Assembly: GCA_012517875.1 (NCBI GenBank)
Contig: JAAYUB010000092.1
Span: 51,121-115,120 of the forward strand
Direction of reading: 5' to 3'
DNA from: Acidobacteriota bacterium
GTDB lineage: Bacteria > Acidobacteriota > JAAYUB01
DNA: 64,000 nt
Positions within the stretch are counted from its first letter, which is position 1; each line of letters opens with the position of its first letter. Both the position numbers and the translations under genes were made by a program. Shown here in pieces: positions 1-9,695 of the stretch. The notes below the pieces were generated by a model. That model was not told the origin of the DNA. It saw only the letters and a program-made list of their open reading frames with translations, and did no database searches.

Positions 1-46
1 AACGTTGGAATGTGTATAATCATGGTTTATGGCTCAGGAGCTGGCG

Positions 47-472
47 ATGGAACGGGATCGATTCTGCTTTTGTTGCGGGACGGACAATCCGCACGGTTTG
101 CAGCTGCGGATCGCGCATGACGAGTCGACCGGCCGAGTCTTCACTGAGTGCGTGCTGGCTGAGCGATATCAAGGCTACCGGGGCACCGTGCACGGGGGCC
201 TGCTGGCCACCCTGCTGGACGAGCTGATGGCCCACGCCGCGCTGCGGGTCGCTGGCGGACACGCGGCCACAGCCCGGATGGAGGTGGCCTTCCGCCGACC
301 GGTGCCGGTCGGGGAGCCCCTCCGGGTGGAGGCTGAAGCGGACAAGGTCTCCGGTCGCCGGATCCAGACGCGGGGCTGGATCGTGAACAGCCGTGGGGAG
401 CGCCTGGCCGAGGCCTCCGCCCTGTTTCTGGCCGTGTCCGCCGATGGATCTCCGAAGCCGGTGATGCGCTGA
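47..472 (+). CDS. PaaI family hotdog-fold thioesterase
   Basis: CFCCGTDNPHGL and 'YQGYRGTVHGGLLATLLDE' hotdog motifs; CAGGAG SD before ATG 47 (ORF track starts at 29). Confidence 0.9.
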   Translation: MERDRFCFCCGTDNPHGLQLRIAHDESTGRVFTECVLAERYQGYRGTVHGGLLATLLDELMAHAALRVAGGHAATARMEVAFRRPVPVGEPLRVEAEADKVSGRRIQTRGWIVNSRGERLAEASALFLAVSADGSPKPVMR

Positions 473-504
473 ATCCGTCGGCCACTGGTCGTCGCTAAAA
501 ATGC

Positions 505-533
505 TTGCATTCGGACCGCTTCTTGGCTATGAT
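505..533 (+). promoter_or_regulatory. sigma70-type promoter of tRNA-Ala
   Basis: TTGCAT (505-510), 17-nt spacer, TATGAT (528-533), 17 nt upstream of the tRNA. Confidence 0.7.
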
Positions 534-550
534 GCCGCCTTAAAATTTAT

Positions 551-626
551 GGGGCAATAGCTCAGTTGGAAGAGCGCGGCGTTCGCAATGCCGAGGTCGG
601 GGGTTCGAGACCCCCTTGCTCCACCA
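551..626 (+). tRNA. tRNA-Ala (anticodon CGC)
   Basis: Cloverleaf GGGGCAA...TTGCTCC-A-CCA; anticodon arm CGGCG-TTCGCAA-TGCCG; T-loop TTCGAGA; G3:U70 alanine identity pair; encoded CCA. Confidence 0.97.
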
Positions 627-631
627 TTTTC

Positions 632-661
632 GGAACGGCCCGTCAGGGTCGTTTCGTGTTT
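632..661 (+). terminator. possible weak intrinsic terminator after tRNA-Ala
   Basis: GGAACGGCCC-GTCA-GGGTCGTTTC hairpin followed by GTGTTT. Confidence 0.4.
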
Positions 662-669
662 ATCCCGAT

Positions 670-1314
670 ATGGTGACGCAGAAACCCAGAATCGAAATCA
701 CCGGCTTCAAGGCCCGCCACTACGACCGGCTGCTGGATCTGGTCAGCGCCGGCTATTACCGCCGTTTCCTCCGGCGGGTGCTGGACGACTTGGCCATCCA
801 ACCCGGCGAACGAATACTCGACCTGGGCGCAGGCACCGGCCGGCTGGCCGCCCAGATGGCACGGCGCACCGGCCCGGCGGGTCGGGTCGTCGGTGTCGAG
901 ATCGGCCCGGAGATGCAAGACTGCTTCCGGCGGCGGGCGGCGCAGCTCCCCAACATGGCCCTGGTGGAACGGCGCATCGACGAACCGCTGGACCTCGGGG
1001 AACTCTACGACCGGATTCTGATTTCCTTTGTGATGCATGGTCTCGAACACCACCAGCGTATTCTGGTCATCCAGAATGCCAGCGAGCTGCTGACCGCGGA
1101 CGGCTGGTTGTGCATCCTCGACTGGAATGAGCGCGGCCTGGCCGGCTTCAATCCGCTGGTGCGGCAGTTGTTTCAACGGTTCGAATGCGAACAGGCGCAG
1201 GACTTCATCGCCCGTGACTGGCGCACCATCCTCGCCGATTACCGGTTCGCCGACTTCCGGGCGTGGTATTATATGCGGGGTTACATCCGACTGCTGACCG
1301 GGCAGAGATACTGA
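670..1314 (+). CDS. class I SAM-dependent methyltransferase (UbiE-like)
   Basis: ILDLGAGTG motif I, VGVEI motif II, YDRILISFVMH; start placed at ATG 670. Confidence 0.85.
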   Translation: MVTQKPRIEITGFKARHYDRLLDLVSAGYYRRFLRRVLDDLAIQPGERILDLGAGTGRLAAQMARRTGPAGRVVGVEIGPEMQDCFRRRAAQLPNMALVERRIDEPLDLGELYDRILISFVMHGLEHHQRILVIQNASELLTADGWLCILDWNERGLAGFNPLVRQLFQRFECEQAQDFIARDWRTILADYRFADFRAWYYMRGYIRLLTGQRY

Positions 1315-1342
1315 CCGCGGTGCCGCCCGACGCGATGGACAG

Positions 1343-3379
1343 ATGAGAATCACGCATCACTTAGCAGTGTTCCTCGTCACCACCCTGTTCATGGTGTCGA
1401 TTTTCCTGCTGCTCTACAGCGCCACCCTGGCGTTCTCCGTCGCGCTCCTGCGAGACATCTTCGACGCCTTCCTCGGCATGCTCAGCCGGACGACGCTGGC
1501 CGACGCCGCACTCTGGCTCATCCAGTTGCGCGAATCGATCCACCCGAGCCTGCTGTTCATCGGATCGCTGGGCCTGACGATGCTGTTCCTCTATCTCGAA
1601 TACATCATCCTGTCGGGCCGGGACGAGCACCTCCGCCACCTGCCGCTCGAGCTGCAGGCGGACACGCTGATGCGCGAGGGCAGGCTCCGCCGTGCTCTGC
1701 GTCTGTACAAGCAGATCGGCCGGTGGGACCGGGCGGCGGAAATCTACCGCCAGCGTCGCCAGTATCCCCAGGCAGCGCGCATGCTGGAACACCTGGGCAA
1801 CGAGAGCCTCACCCGCGCCGGCGAATTGTACGAGGAGATGGGCCGGCTGGACCAGGCGCGCCGGGCGTACGCGGCGGCGGGCCAATACTTTTACCAGCGC
1901 CAAGAATGGGAGAAGGCCGCCAAGTACTATCTGAAGGCCGAGGACAAGGCGAGCGCGCTGGCGTGCTATGAGACGCACCTGCGCGATCTCCGGAGCCTCT
2001 ACCCCCCGGAGCAGCTCCGGGAACGCTGCCAGAAGATCGTCCAGTTGGCCGACCAGCTCGGGCTCCCTCTGAAGGCCGCCGCTTTCTGCGAGACCGCCCA
2101 GGACATCCCCGGCGCGGTGCAATACTACACGCAGGGGGGCAATTTCATCCGGGCGGCGGAATTGCTGCTGGCTGGTGGGGAAACCGACCAGGCGCTGAAA
2201 GTCATGGGCAAGATCACGGCGGATCACAAACAGTACACCGACAGTCTGGTGCTCATGGCCCGCCTTCACTTCCGCGATGAGCGCTACCAGGAATCGTTGA
2301 AACACTATGTCGAGTACTTCAAGCGGGTGAAACCTTCCGATACCACGCTGGAGGAGTTCTTCCAGATGGGCCTCTGCCTGGAAAAACTCGGCCGGCTCAA
2401 GCACGCCCGCGACGTGTATGCGCGGGTGCAGAGCATCCGGCCCTTTTTCATGAACGTCGATGAGCGCATCGACGCGATCGACCACAAAACCAGCGAGCCG
2501 GATGCGATGAAGGCGATGCTGGACCAGGATGCCGCCGCCAAGGATGCCGGGCTGTCCGACGATTTCCTGATCCGGTTGGGGGAGCGCTACACGGAACTGG
2601 AAGAAATCGGTCGCGGCGGCGCAGGGATCGTTTATAGCGCGCGGGACAAGATCCTCGATCGCACCGTCGCATTGAAAAAATTGCCCACCTCGGTCACCCA
2701 GGACCCGGCCCGCCTGCAGGCCTTTTTTTCGGAAGCCAAGGCCATCGCCAAGCTCAACCACCCCAACATCGTGGCCATCCACGACATCATCAAGGCAGAC
2801 AACGCCTACTTCATCGTGATGGAATTCATCCGGGGCACCACCGTCGAGCGGCTGCTGGAGGTCAAGGGCGCCCTGTCGCTCAAGCTGTCCCTGTATATCG
2901 CCCGGCACATGCTGCAGGCCCTGTCCTACGCCAACCGCAACGGCGTCAGCCACCAGGACATCAAACCGGCCAACATCATGCTCAGCGACGACAAGATCGT
3001 CAAGCTCACCGACTTCGGCATCGCCCGACTGTTCCACGAACTGCCCGGCCACTCCTCCGACATCGTCATGGGCACGCCCAAGTACATCTCGCCGGAGCAG
3101 CTCCAGGGATCCCCCGTCGACGAACGGTGCGACATCTATTCGTTCGGGATCACTTTTCACGAAATGCTCACCGGCACGCTCCCGTACCCCTTGGACGGCA
3201 TCCTCCACCACCACCTGGTCACTCCGCCCGTGCCGATCCGGTCCCACAACCCCTCGCTCCCGGTGGAACTGGAGCAGATCGTCCTGAAGTGCCTCGAAAA
3301 GGATCGCCAGCTCCGCTATCCGTCCGCCGCCGTGCTGCTCGAGGAGTTGAAAGCCGCCACGGCCCGGCCGCCGAACTGA
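1343..3379 (+). CDS. membrane-anchored TPR-repeat Ser/Thr protein kinase
   Basis: Two N-terminal hydrophobic helices, helical TPR-like region, C-terminal Hanks kinase ([35 protein letters not shown]). Confidence 0.93.
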   Translation: MRITHHLAVFLVTTLFMVSIFLLLYSATLAFSVALLRDIFDAFLGMLSRTTLADAALWLIQLRESIHPSLLFIGSLGLTMLFLYLEYIILSGRDEHLRHLPLELQADTLMREGRLRRALRLYKQIGRWDRAAEIYRQRRQYPQAARMLEHLGNESLTRAGELYEEMGRLDQARRAYAAAGQYFYQRQEWEKAAKYYLKAEDKASALACYETHLRDLRSLYPPEQLRERCQKIVQLADQLGLPLKAAAFCETAQDIPGAVQYYTQGGNFIRAAELLLAGGETDQALKVMGKITADHKQYTDSLVLMARLHFRDERYQESLKHYVEYFKRVKPSDTTLEEFFQMGLCLEKLGRLKHARDVYARVQSIRPFFMNVDERIDAIDHKTSEPDAMKAMLDQDAAAKDAGLSDDFLIRLGERYTELEEIGRGGAGIVYSARDKILDRTVALKKLPTSVTQDPARLQAFFSEAKAIAKLNHPNIVAIHDIIKADNAYFIVMEFIRGTTVERLLEVKGALSLKLSLYIARHMLQALSYANRNGVSHQDIKPANIMLSDDKIVKLTDFGIARLFHELPGHSSDIVMGTPKYISPEQLQGSPVDERCDIYSFGITFHEMLTGTLPYPLDGILHHHLVTPPVPIRSHNPSLPVELEQIVLKCLEKDRQLRYPSAAVLLEELKAATARPPN

Positions 3380-3395
3380 TTCCCGGGAGACCGCC

Positions 3396-3815
3396 ATGCG
3401 CCACTATCGTCAGGAACTGACTTTCCAGACCCCAACCCGGATTGCCCTCGTCAACATCACGCCACAAGTGGCAGAAGCCGTCCGCGCCAGCGGTGTGCGG
3501 GAAGGACTGTGCCTGGTCAACGCGATGCACATCACCGCCTCCGTCTTCATCAACGACGACGAACCGGGCTTGCACCAGGACTATCAGGATTGGCTGGAAC
3601 AACTCGCGCCCCACAGCCCCACCGCGCGCTACCGCCACAATCGGACAGGCGAGGACAACGGCGACGCGCATCTCAAGCGTCAGATCATGGGGCGGGAGGT
3701 GGTCGTGGCCATCAGCGGGGGTGCGCTTGACTTCGGCCCCTGGGAGCAGATCTTTTACGGTGAGTTCGACGGACGCCGGCGCAAGCGGGTTCTGATCAAG
3801 ATCATCGGCGAGTGA
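3396..3815 (+). CDS. yjbQ: YjbQ family protein (UPF0047)
   Basis: [24 protein letters not shown] and [15 protein letters not shown] family motifs. Confidence 0.92.
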   Translation: MRHYRQELTFQTPTRIALVNITPQVAEAVRASGVREGLCLVNAMHITASVFINDDEPGLHQDYQDWLEQLAPHSPTARYRHNRTGEDNGDAHLKRQIMGREVVVAISGGALDFGPWEQIFYGEFDGRRRKRVLIKIIGE

Positions 3816-3837
3816 GATCCGGGCGCCGGTGCCGGTG

Positions 3838-6800
3838 TTACTCAGCCAGCCGGGCGGCCAGCAGGCGGCAATCCAGGGCATCGAGCGCGCCGGACCGGTT
3901 GAGATCGCCCATGTCCGGCCGGAGACAGGGCGGCTTGCCGGGCGCCAGGTTACCCACGACCAGGTGCAACAGCAGGCCCAGATCCCGGGCATCGGATCGA
4001 CCATCGCCGTCCAGATCGCCGTCGGGCTCCAGGACACAGCGGATTTCGCGGCCGCTCACCTGGACATCGTCCACGTACCAGCCGCCCGATCCCACCACCA
4101 GGTCACAGCCCAGGCGGAAGCGGATCTGGACCCTTTGGCCGCCGTATGCGGCGAGATCCACTTGGGTCTGGATGAACCCCTGGCTGTCGCCGGACCAGGC
4201 GGCGCGCCGGCCCAGCGGATTGAGCAGGAAGAAATCCAGCTCGTGCGTGTAGCCGCCGGCGCTCATCGCCGAACCGAGGTCGGCCCACGGCTCCGTGGCG
4301 GTCCGGATCTCCAGGACGCCGCCGTCGGACTCTGTCTCCAGGTCGTAATCGTGCCAGAAGGTCAATGCCGCACCTTCAGGCACTTCAAACCAGGGGCTCA
4401 GCAACGAGTTATCCTTGATGTTGTCTTCCGCGGGGGTGAACCAGCTGGTTGCCGGAGAATGGCTCCACCCGCCGACCTGCGACCAGTCGGTCACTCCCTG
4501 GTCGAGCAGGTGGCTCCACCCGCCCGCACCCGCCTCCACGTCGTCCGCAAACGTGATCCGGTCCACCTCTTCGCCCGCGAGCAGCGCCATCGGCTGCTCC
4601 CACTGCAGCGCGTCGCCCGCTTCGTTCCGGCATTCGATGGTCAACAGCCAGTCCAGTTGCGCGCCACAGGCCAGCGCATCATCCAGGATGACGTAGAACT
4701 CACCGGTCGCGACGGCACCGACCGCCAACGTGGAGTAACCACTGGCCGCGGGGTCAATCTGGACCTCCGGCATGCCGGTGGCCAGGCTGGCGGTGACATC
4801 CACGGCGGGATTCGTGCCGATGTTCTGCAGAGTCAGCTGCATGGTCACCGACTCGCCCGGTTCCGGGATCCCGTCGCCGTCGCCACCCCAAAATTGCCAG
4901 TCGGTCGGGACCACCACCGGTCCCACCACCGGCATGAAGCAGAGGCTGAGCCCGGGTTCCACCACCGGTTCGCGGCAGGCGAACTGAAGCCCTTTCGTTC
5001 CGTTGTAATCCTCGATCCCCACCGTGGCGTCGGCGCCGAAGTCATAGGCCGGGTCGCCGAACGCGGTGTCCTGGTAATTCAGGTGGATCTTGTGGGTCGA
5101 CTCCTCCAGCGCGACCTGGAACGTGACCGCCCCGACTTTGTTGTAATGCGCCACATTCAGCCAGGACACCACGAACAGCCGGTGGGGCGGCTGCCCGTCA
5201 ACCCGGTAGCGGATGGCCGCCCCCGGCTTGGTCAGGTCCAGGTCGGTCCAGAACGCCGCGATGACCGCGTTGGGATTCTCCGGCCGGGGGATCTGCGTGT
5301 TGCCGGCGTCCCAATCGTAGACGCCGGTGAAGCGGAGCAGTCCGTTCGTGGAGATCAGCACCTGTTCATACGTCTTGCCGTAGAACTTGAACGGGAACCC
5401 GATCGGTACGACCGCGCCCGCATCATCCTGGCCGGCCAGGACGGCCGCTCCACCCGCCGGCTCGATCCAGGCCGGGTCCTGCGTCTGCATCAGGTAGTCC
5501 ATCCGCTCCACCACCTCGCCCGAGACCACCTCCTGGTCGGCGGCCAGACCGGGCGCGCTGGCGAAAAACGTGATCTGGGCGCTGCTCGGGCCCGCCGGCA
5601 CCCACCGTCCGGTGAACAGCCCGTCATTTGCACGGACATCGGCGTCCGCACCGTCGTCGCTCAGGGTGAGGGTGCGCGTGCCCGCCGCATCCACCACCCG
5701 GGCGGTGACGTGCGGCTGGTCCACCGGTTCGGCGCAATCGGTGCCCACCACGGCGCCCAAGGTCACGTCATCACCGTCCATGACGACGAATCCACCTGCA
5801 GGCTGGTCGGGGACAAGCCGGACGGCTGTCGGAGTGCAGGTCCAGTGCAGGGCGGTCTCGGGACAGCCGAAGAGGGTGGTTTCAAAATAGACCCAACGGT
5901 AACTGCCGTCGCCGGCCAGGGCGGCCAGACGCTGACGGGATTCGTTCAGGGCAAGACCCAGATTGCGGCGGAACTGCTCGAACACGGATCGCATGTACTC
6001 GTGGTCAAACACGTTGGACGTGCCGTTGGTGCCGCCGGACGCGTACCAGCCGTAGCGCGTGTTCATCACCGCGGCGAACGCGGCGGCGGTGGTACCCACG
6101 GTCATCCGCTCGGCGAAACAGACGTCGTAGACGAAGTTCCCCGGGTAGCAACCCTGGCTGTACACAAAGAACGGACAGGTGTTGGTGAGCCGGCTGACAT
6201 CGGAGTTGTACAGCTTCAAGCAATAGGTGCTGTTGGCGTGCCCCAGGTGGTTGACGATGTGTGTGTCGTCGGTGTTGAAATAGGTGTCGATTAGCGTATC
6301 GGTCGACCACTCCGCACCCGGCGCGTCATACAGGCGCTCGGCGGGAATTCCGGCCATCGCCCCGTAAACGACATCCTTGCTGTCGCCGCCATAGGTCTGG
6401 TCGTCCAGCTTTTCGCCCAGCAGCAGCGTGCGGAAGGGTGGCGCAGAGTTCTCGTAAGCGATGATTTTCTGAATCTGGGTGGTCGCTTCCGTGGGGCTCG
6501 AGGCGGCGATGCGGCCCACTGCCACCTCCGCGAACAGGTCGGTCTCGTCGGCGGGCTCGCCGAACAGACTGTTGCCGTTCGCGTTCCAGTCGCCGTCGAG
6601 GGCGGCGAAATAGAGATCGGTGGGGATGGCGGTATCCACGGTGTCGCCGACCTTGCCATAGGTGCCCCGCCACGGGATGATCTCGCTGTCGCCGCCGAGC
6701 ACCACCCAGCGGGTGCCGTGGCTTTGGTATCCGGAAGTGATGAACGTGCGGAGCTTGTGCGCGCTGTCGGTGCCCGGCGTGGCGGCGAGGATGTCCTCGA

Positions 6801-7560
6801 TCCGGACGAGATGGACATTCAGACCCCGGCTTGTCTTGTGGTCGGCCAGCTCCTGAAAACTGGTTTCCAGCGCCGCGTTCGTCACGATCAGGTACTCCCA
6901 TGCCGTGTCCAGCGATTTCTTCTCCGGCGGAGCGTAACCGTCCAAAGTCGCAGGATTGTCCACGAGCGCGGCCACATCCGCCCGGTCATCCGCCAGTGGG
7001 CGCCGCATGGGCGCGGCCTTGGCCCGCGGCTCCGGCGCCAGCGTGAGCACAAGCCGCATCCGGGGGATAAACTGCAGCTCACCGGCGGCCGGGTAGTACA
7101 CCACCGGATGCAGCGTGAAGAGGGCGACCGGATACCCCTTCAGCCACTGCACGCCGGCCGCTGAGGCGCGGGCGGCGGGAAACGGTCCGGGTGTGTCGTA
7201 AATCCTCGGGTCGGGCGCCACCGCTTCGATGCCGGCCCCCGCTGTGGGGAACAGGCCGGGGCAATGGGAAACCCGGACCGGTCGACCCAACAATACCGGT
7301 GCCTCGGCCTTGAGGTCGAACCCCGCCAGGCGGAATCCGGCAGGGAGGAGTACCCGACCGGTGAACACCGGCAGCATGGGCTGGCCGGGCTCCAGCGAGT
7401 CCGGGCAACCGGCGATCCGGACGTCCACCCGGCCGTCCGGGTGCCGCTCCAGCCGCGGCCGCTCGAAGCGGTATTCCAGCACGAGTTCCTCCGCGGCCAT
7501 CCAGGCCGCGAAGAGATACAGCAGGACCAGCACACCAGCCATCCGTCTCATGAGCACCAT
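3838..7560 (-). CDS. secreted gingipain-like C25 cysteine peptidase with accessory domains and C-terminal dockerin
   Basis: Signal peptide, C25 propeptide, EYLIVT...WVVLGGD, TDLYFAALDGDW, VAVGRI, catalytic His (NHLGHAN) and Cys (YSQGCYPG); then choice-of-anchor-X-like (LSDDGADADVRANDGLFTG), nidogen-like (IGFPFKFYG...ISTNG...AFWTDL), adhesin-like beta module and dockerin; start ATG 7560 or nearby. Confidence 0.9.
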   Translation of the reverse strand: MVLMRRMAGVLVLLYLFAAWMAAEELVLEYRFERPRLERHPDGRVDVRIAGCPDSLEPGQPMLPVFTGRVLLPAGFRLAGFDLKAEAPVLLGRPVRVSHCPGLFPTAGAGIEAVAPDPRIYDTPGPFPAARASAAGVQWLKGYPVALFTLHPVVYYPAAGELQFIPRMRLVLTLAPEPRAKAAPMRRPLADDRADVAALVDNPATLDGYAPPEKKSLDTAWEYLIVTNAALETSFQELADHKTSRGLNVHLVRIEDILAATPGTDSAHKLRTFITSGYQSHGTRWVVLGGDSEIIPWRGTYGKVGDTVDTAIPTDLYFAALDGDWNANGNSLFGEPADETDLFAEVAVGRIAASSPTEATTQIQKIIAYENSAPPFRTLLLGEKLDDQTYGGDSKDVVYGAMAGIPAERLYDAPGAEWSTDTLIDTYFNTDDTHIVNHLGHANSTYCLKLYNSDVSRLTNTCPFFVYSQGCYPGNFVYDVCFAERMTVGTTAAAFAAVMNTRYGWYASGGTNGTSNVFDHEYMRSVFEQFRRNLGLALNESRQRLAALAGDGSYRWVYFETTLFGCPETALHWTCTPTAVRLVPDQPAGGFVVMDGDDVTLGAVVGTDCAEPVDQPHVTARVVDAAGTRTLTLSDDGADADVRANDGLFTGRWVPAGPSSAQITFFASAPGLAADQEVVSGEVVERMDYLMQTQDPAWIEPAGGAAVLAGQDDAGAVVPIGFPFKFYGKTYEQVLISTNGLLRFTGVYDWDAGNTQIPRPENPNAVIAAFWTDLDLTKPGAAIRYRVDGQPPHRLFVVSWLNVAHYNKVGAVTFQVALEESTHKIHLNYQDTAFGDPAYDFGADATVGIEDYNGTKGLQFACREPVVEPGLSLCFMPVVGPVVVPTDWQFWGGDGDGIPEPGESVTMQLTLQNIGTNPAVDVTASLATGMPEVQIDPAASGYSTLAVGAVATGEFYVILDDALACGAQLDWLLTIECRNEAGDALQWEQPMALLAGEEVDRITFADDVEAGAGGWSHLLDQGVTDWSQVGGWSHSPATSWFTPAEDNIKDNSLLSPWFEVPEGAALTFWHDYDLETESDGGVLEIRTATEPWADLGSAMSAGGYTHELDFFLLNPLGRRAAWSGDSQGFIQTQVDLAAYGGQRVQIRFRLGCDLVVGSGGWYVDDVQVSGREIRCVLEPDGDLDGDGRSDARDLGLLLHLVVGNLAPGKPPCLRPDMGDLNRSGALDALDCRLLAARLAE
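3841..4023 (-). other. type I dockerin-like domain (C-terminus of C25 peptidase)
   Basis: Duplicated Ca-binding loop-helix: GDLDGDGRSDARDLGLLLHLVVG ... GDLNRSGALDALDCRLLAARL. Confidence 0.85.
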
Positions 7561-7696
7561 CCTGACGGCGACATGGCTTCATTGTATGCTAAGCGTCGGC
7601 GGGGCGCACAACAATTCATGCCAGAAAAAACTGTGGGGCGGCGGACGACCGCTCGCCGCGCCATCCCCACGTGCTGCCGTCGGTCGCGGCCGGCCG

Positions 7697-9052
7697 TCAG
7701 AACCGGTAGATGAACGTGCCCTGGGCGCGGACGCTCTGGCCCTCGTTCAAGTCGACGTAGCGGGTCCACCAGGGCGAAACTTCCAGGCCCACCTGGACCG
7801 CGCTGGTGATGCTGTAGAAGAAATTGCCGAACAGCGCCATGTTGCGCGAGCGGTTGCCGGAGGCCAGGTCGCGGTTGACCGGGTCGTCCACGGCGCCGCC
7901 CAGGTTGAACTTCCACCCCTTCCACGGACCGAAGCCCACGGCGGCCCAGCCACCGATGCTGCGGATCTCATTGAGCCGGGCTTTGTTGAAGCCCTGGCCC
8001 ACCGCCGCCAGGTAGGTGTCGACATTGGCGCCGCGCCAGAACTCGCCCTGCAGCGTCACGCCCTTGGCCAGCGGCAGCTGGGCGTCCAGACCCCACGAAT
8101 ACGTGTCGAGGTCCACGCTGTTGCCGGCGGCGTCCAGGTCGTACTCCTCCTGGCCCCAGTGGCCGTACACGCCCACCGTCGCCTTGCGCTTCTCGCCGAA
8201 GGGCAGCGTCAGCGCCAGTCGGCTCTGGACGGTGGGGAAGCCGGCGTCCTCGCCGCCGTCGCCCGGATCGTAACCGGAGGTGTGGCCGATGGTCCGGACG
8301 AACGCGCCCTGGAGCTGCAGCTTGGTGTCGCCGCCCAGATCGAATCCCTTGGTCAGCCGGAACTGCGGCCGGCGGTAGCCCGGATTGCCGGTCCACCACA
8401 TCACGGTGTAGTTGATGGTGTCGGGCAGCAGCGGCGCGATCACGTCCGAGGTCTGGCCGGCCAGCAGGCTGAAGTCATGCTCCGGCCACTCCAGCTTCAC
8501 GAACGCGTGACGCAGCATCGGCTGGGGCTTGTTCTCGCCGCCCTCCAGGCTGTAGAAGTCGATCTCGACGTTGCCGGTGGTCTTGATCGCGCCGGTGGCC
8601 GGCCCGTTGATATTGAGCCCCACCCGGGTCTGGTTGGCGGTCATGTTGAATTCATCGTCCTTGCCACCGGGCCCCTCGGGGAGCACCCACCGGGCGAAGT
8701 CACCCACGTCGGTCCGGGCGGTGTCGTAGGCGGCGTCCAGTTTGACGAAGCCGTACAGTTCCACGGCCGGTTTCTTTTTGGCTGCCGCTTCGTCCGCTTT
8801 CGCGACGGCGGCCGGTGCCGGCGCCGCAGCGGGGGTCGGGGCGGGCGCGGGAGCCGGGACGGCCGCCGGCTCGCGGAGCGCCAGCTGCCGCACCTCCGCG
8901 ATCGCCACCTCGAGCTGGCGGATCTTCTCCCGCAGCTCCAAATTTTCCTTCTTGAGCGCCTGGAGCTCGTCCTGCACGGAGGCTCCCTGGCCCGGCACAC
9001 AGCCGGCCGCGAGGCACAGCCACAGTCCGGCGATGATGAGAGGGTTACGCAT
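7697..9052 (-). CDS. DcaP family outer-membrane porin
   Basis: Signal peptide, N-terminal coiled coil and Pro/Ala linker, VELYGFVKLDAAYD, TRVGL..., EIDF, LRHAF, GQT beta-barrel motifs, terminal aromatic residue (YRF). Confidence 0.8.
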   Translation of the reverse strand: MRNPLIIAGLWLCLAAGCVPGQGASVQDELQALKKENLELREKIRQLEVAIAEVRQLALREPAAVPAPAPAPTPAAAPAPAAVAKADEAAAKKKPAVELYGFVKLDAAYDTARTDVGDFARWVLPEGPGGKDDEFNMTANQTRVGLNINGPATGAIKTTGNVEIDFYSLEGGENKPQPMLRHAFVKLEWPEHDFSLLAGQTSDVIAPLLPDTINYTVMWWTGNPGYRRPQFRLTKGFDLGGDTKLQLQGAFVRTIGHTSGYDPGDGGEDAGFPTVQSRLALTLPFGEKRKATVGVYGHWGQEEYDLDAAGNSVDLDTYSWGLDAQLPLAKGVTLQGEFWRGANVDTYLAAVGQGFNKARLNEIRSIGGWAAVGFGPWKGWKFNLGGAVDDPVNRDLASGNRSRNMALFGNFFYSITSAVQVGLEVSPWWTRYVDLNEGQSVRAQGTFIYRF

Positions 9053-9208
9053 GGCGGATACTCCTTATCGATAATTGGATCTCTTCATGTCCTGTCTTCG
9101 GCCCGCCCGAAAAACATGGCGGCGACACAATGCGATCGGTTACAATCAAGCGGCGACTTCAAAGAGCCGCCAACGGACCCGTCATTCGTCACCCAGGAGG
9201 CAGACACC

Positions 9209-9676
9209 ATGGCCGACCAGCAACTCAAGACCGTGCTCGAGCGTGCCATCAAAAACGAGGAGGATGCTCACACCTTCTACACCCACCTGCACGATATCGT
9301 CCAGGACACCACCGCCCGGGAGGCCCTGCGGTTCCTGGCGGCCGAGGAACTGCGCCACAAGGAGTTCCTCGTCAACTACCTCGAGGGCCGGGTGGCGGCA
9401 AACAGCCTGTCCACCGACCAGGTGATCGATTACGGCGTCGCCCAGTACAACGACAAGCCGGACATCCAGAAAGACCTGGGCACCGCCGAGGTCTTCCTGG
9501 TGGCGGCCCACCGCGAGTGGAACGCGCACAAATTCTACCAGGGGCTCGCGGCTCTCCAGCCGGAGGGCGAAGTCAAACAACTGCTCACCGAGTTCGCCGC
9601 GCAGGAGCTCCGGCACAAGGAGAAGGTGGAGTACCTGTACAGCAACACCGCCTTCCCCCAGACCGCCGGCGGTTGA
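9209..9676 (+). CDS. rubrerythrin-like ferritin-fold diiron protein
   Basis: Two E...ExxH half-sites (NEEDAHTFY/AEELRH; REWNAHKFY/AQELRH); GGAGG SD; no rubredoxin domain. Confidence 0.85.
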   Translation: MADQQLKTVLERAIKNEEDAHTFYTHLHDIVQDTTAREALRFLAAEELRHKEFLVNYLEGRVAANSLSTDQVIDYGVAQYNDKPDIQKDLGTAEVFLVAAHREWNAHKFYQGLAALQPEGEVKQLLTEFAAQELRHKEKVEYLYSNTAFPQTAGG

Positions 9677-9695
9677 TCACCCGCCGACAGCCGGC

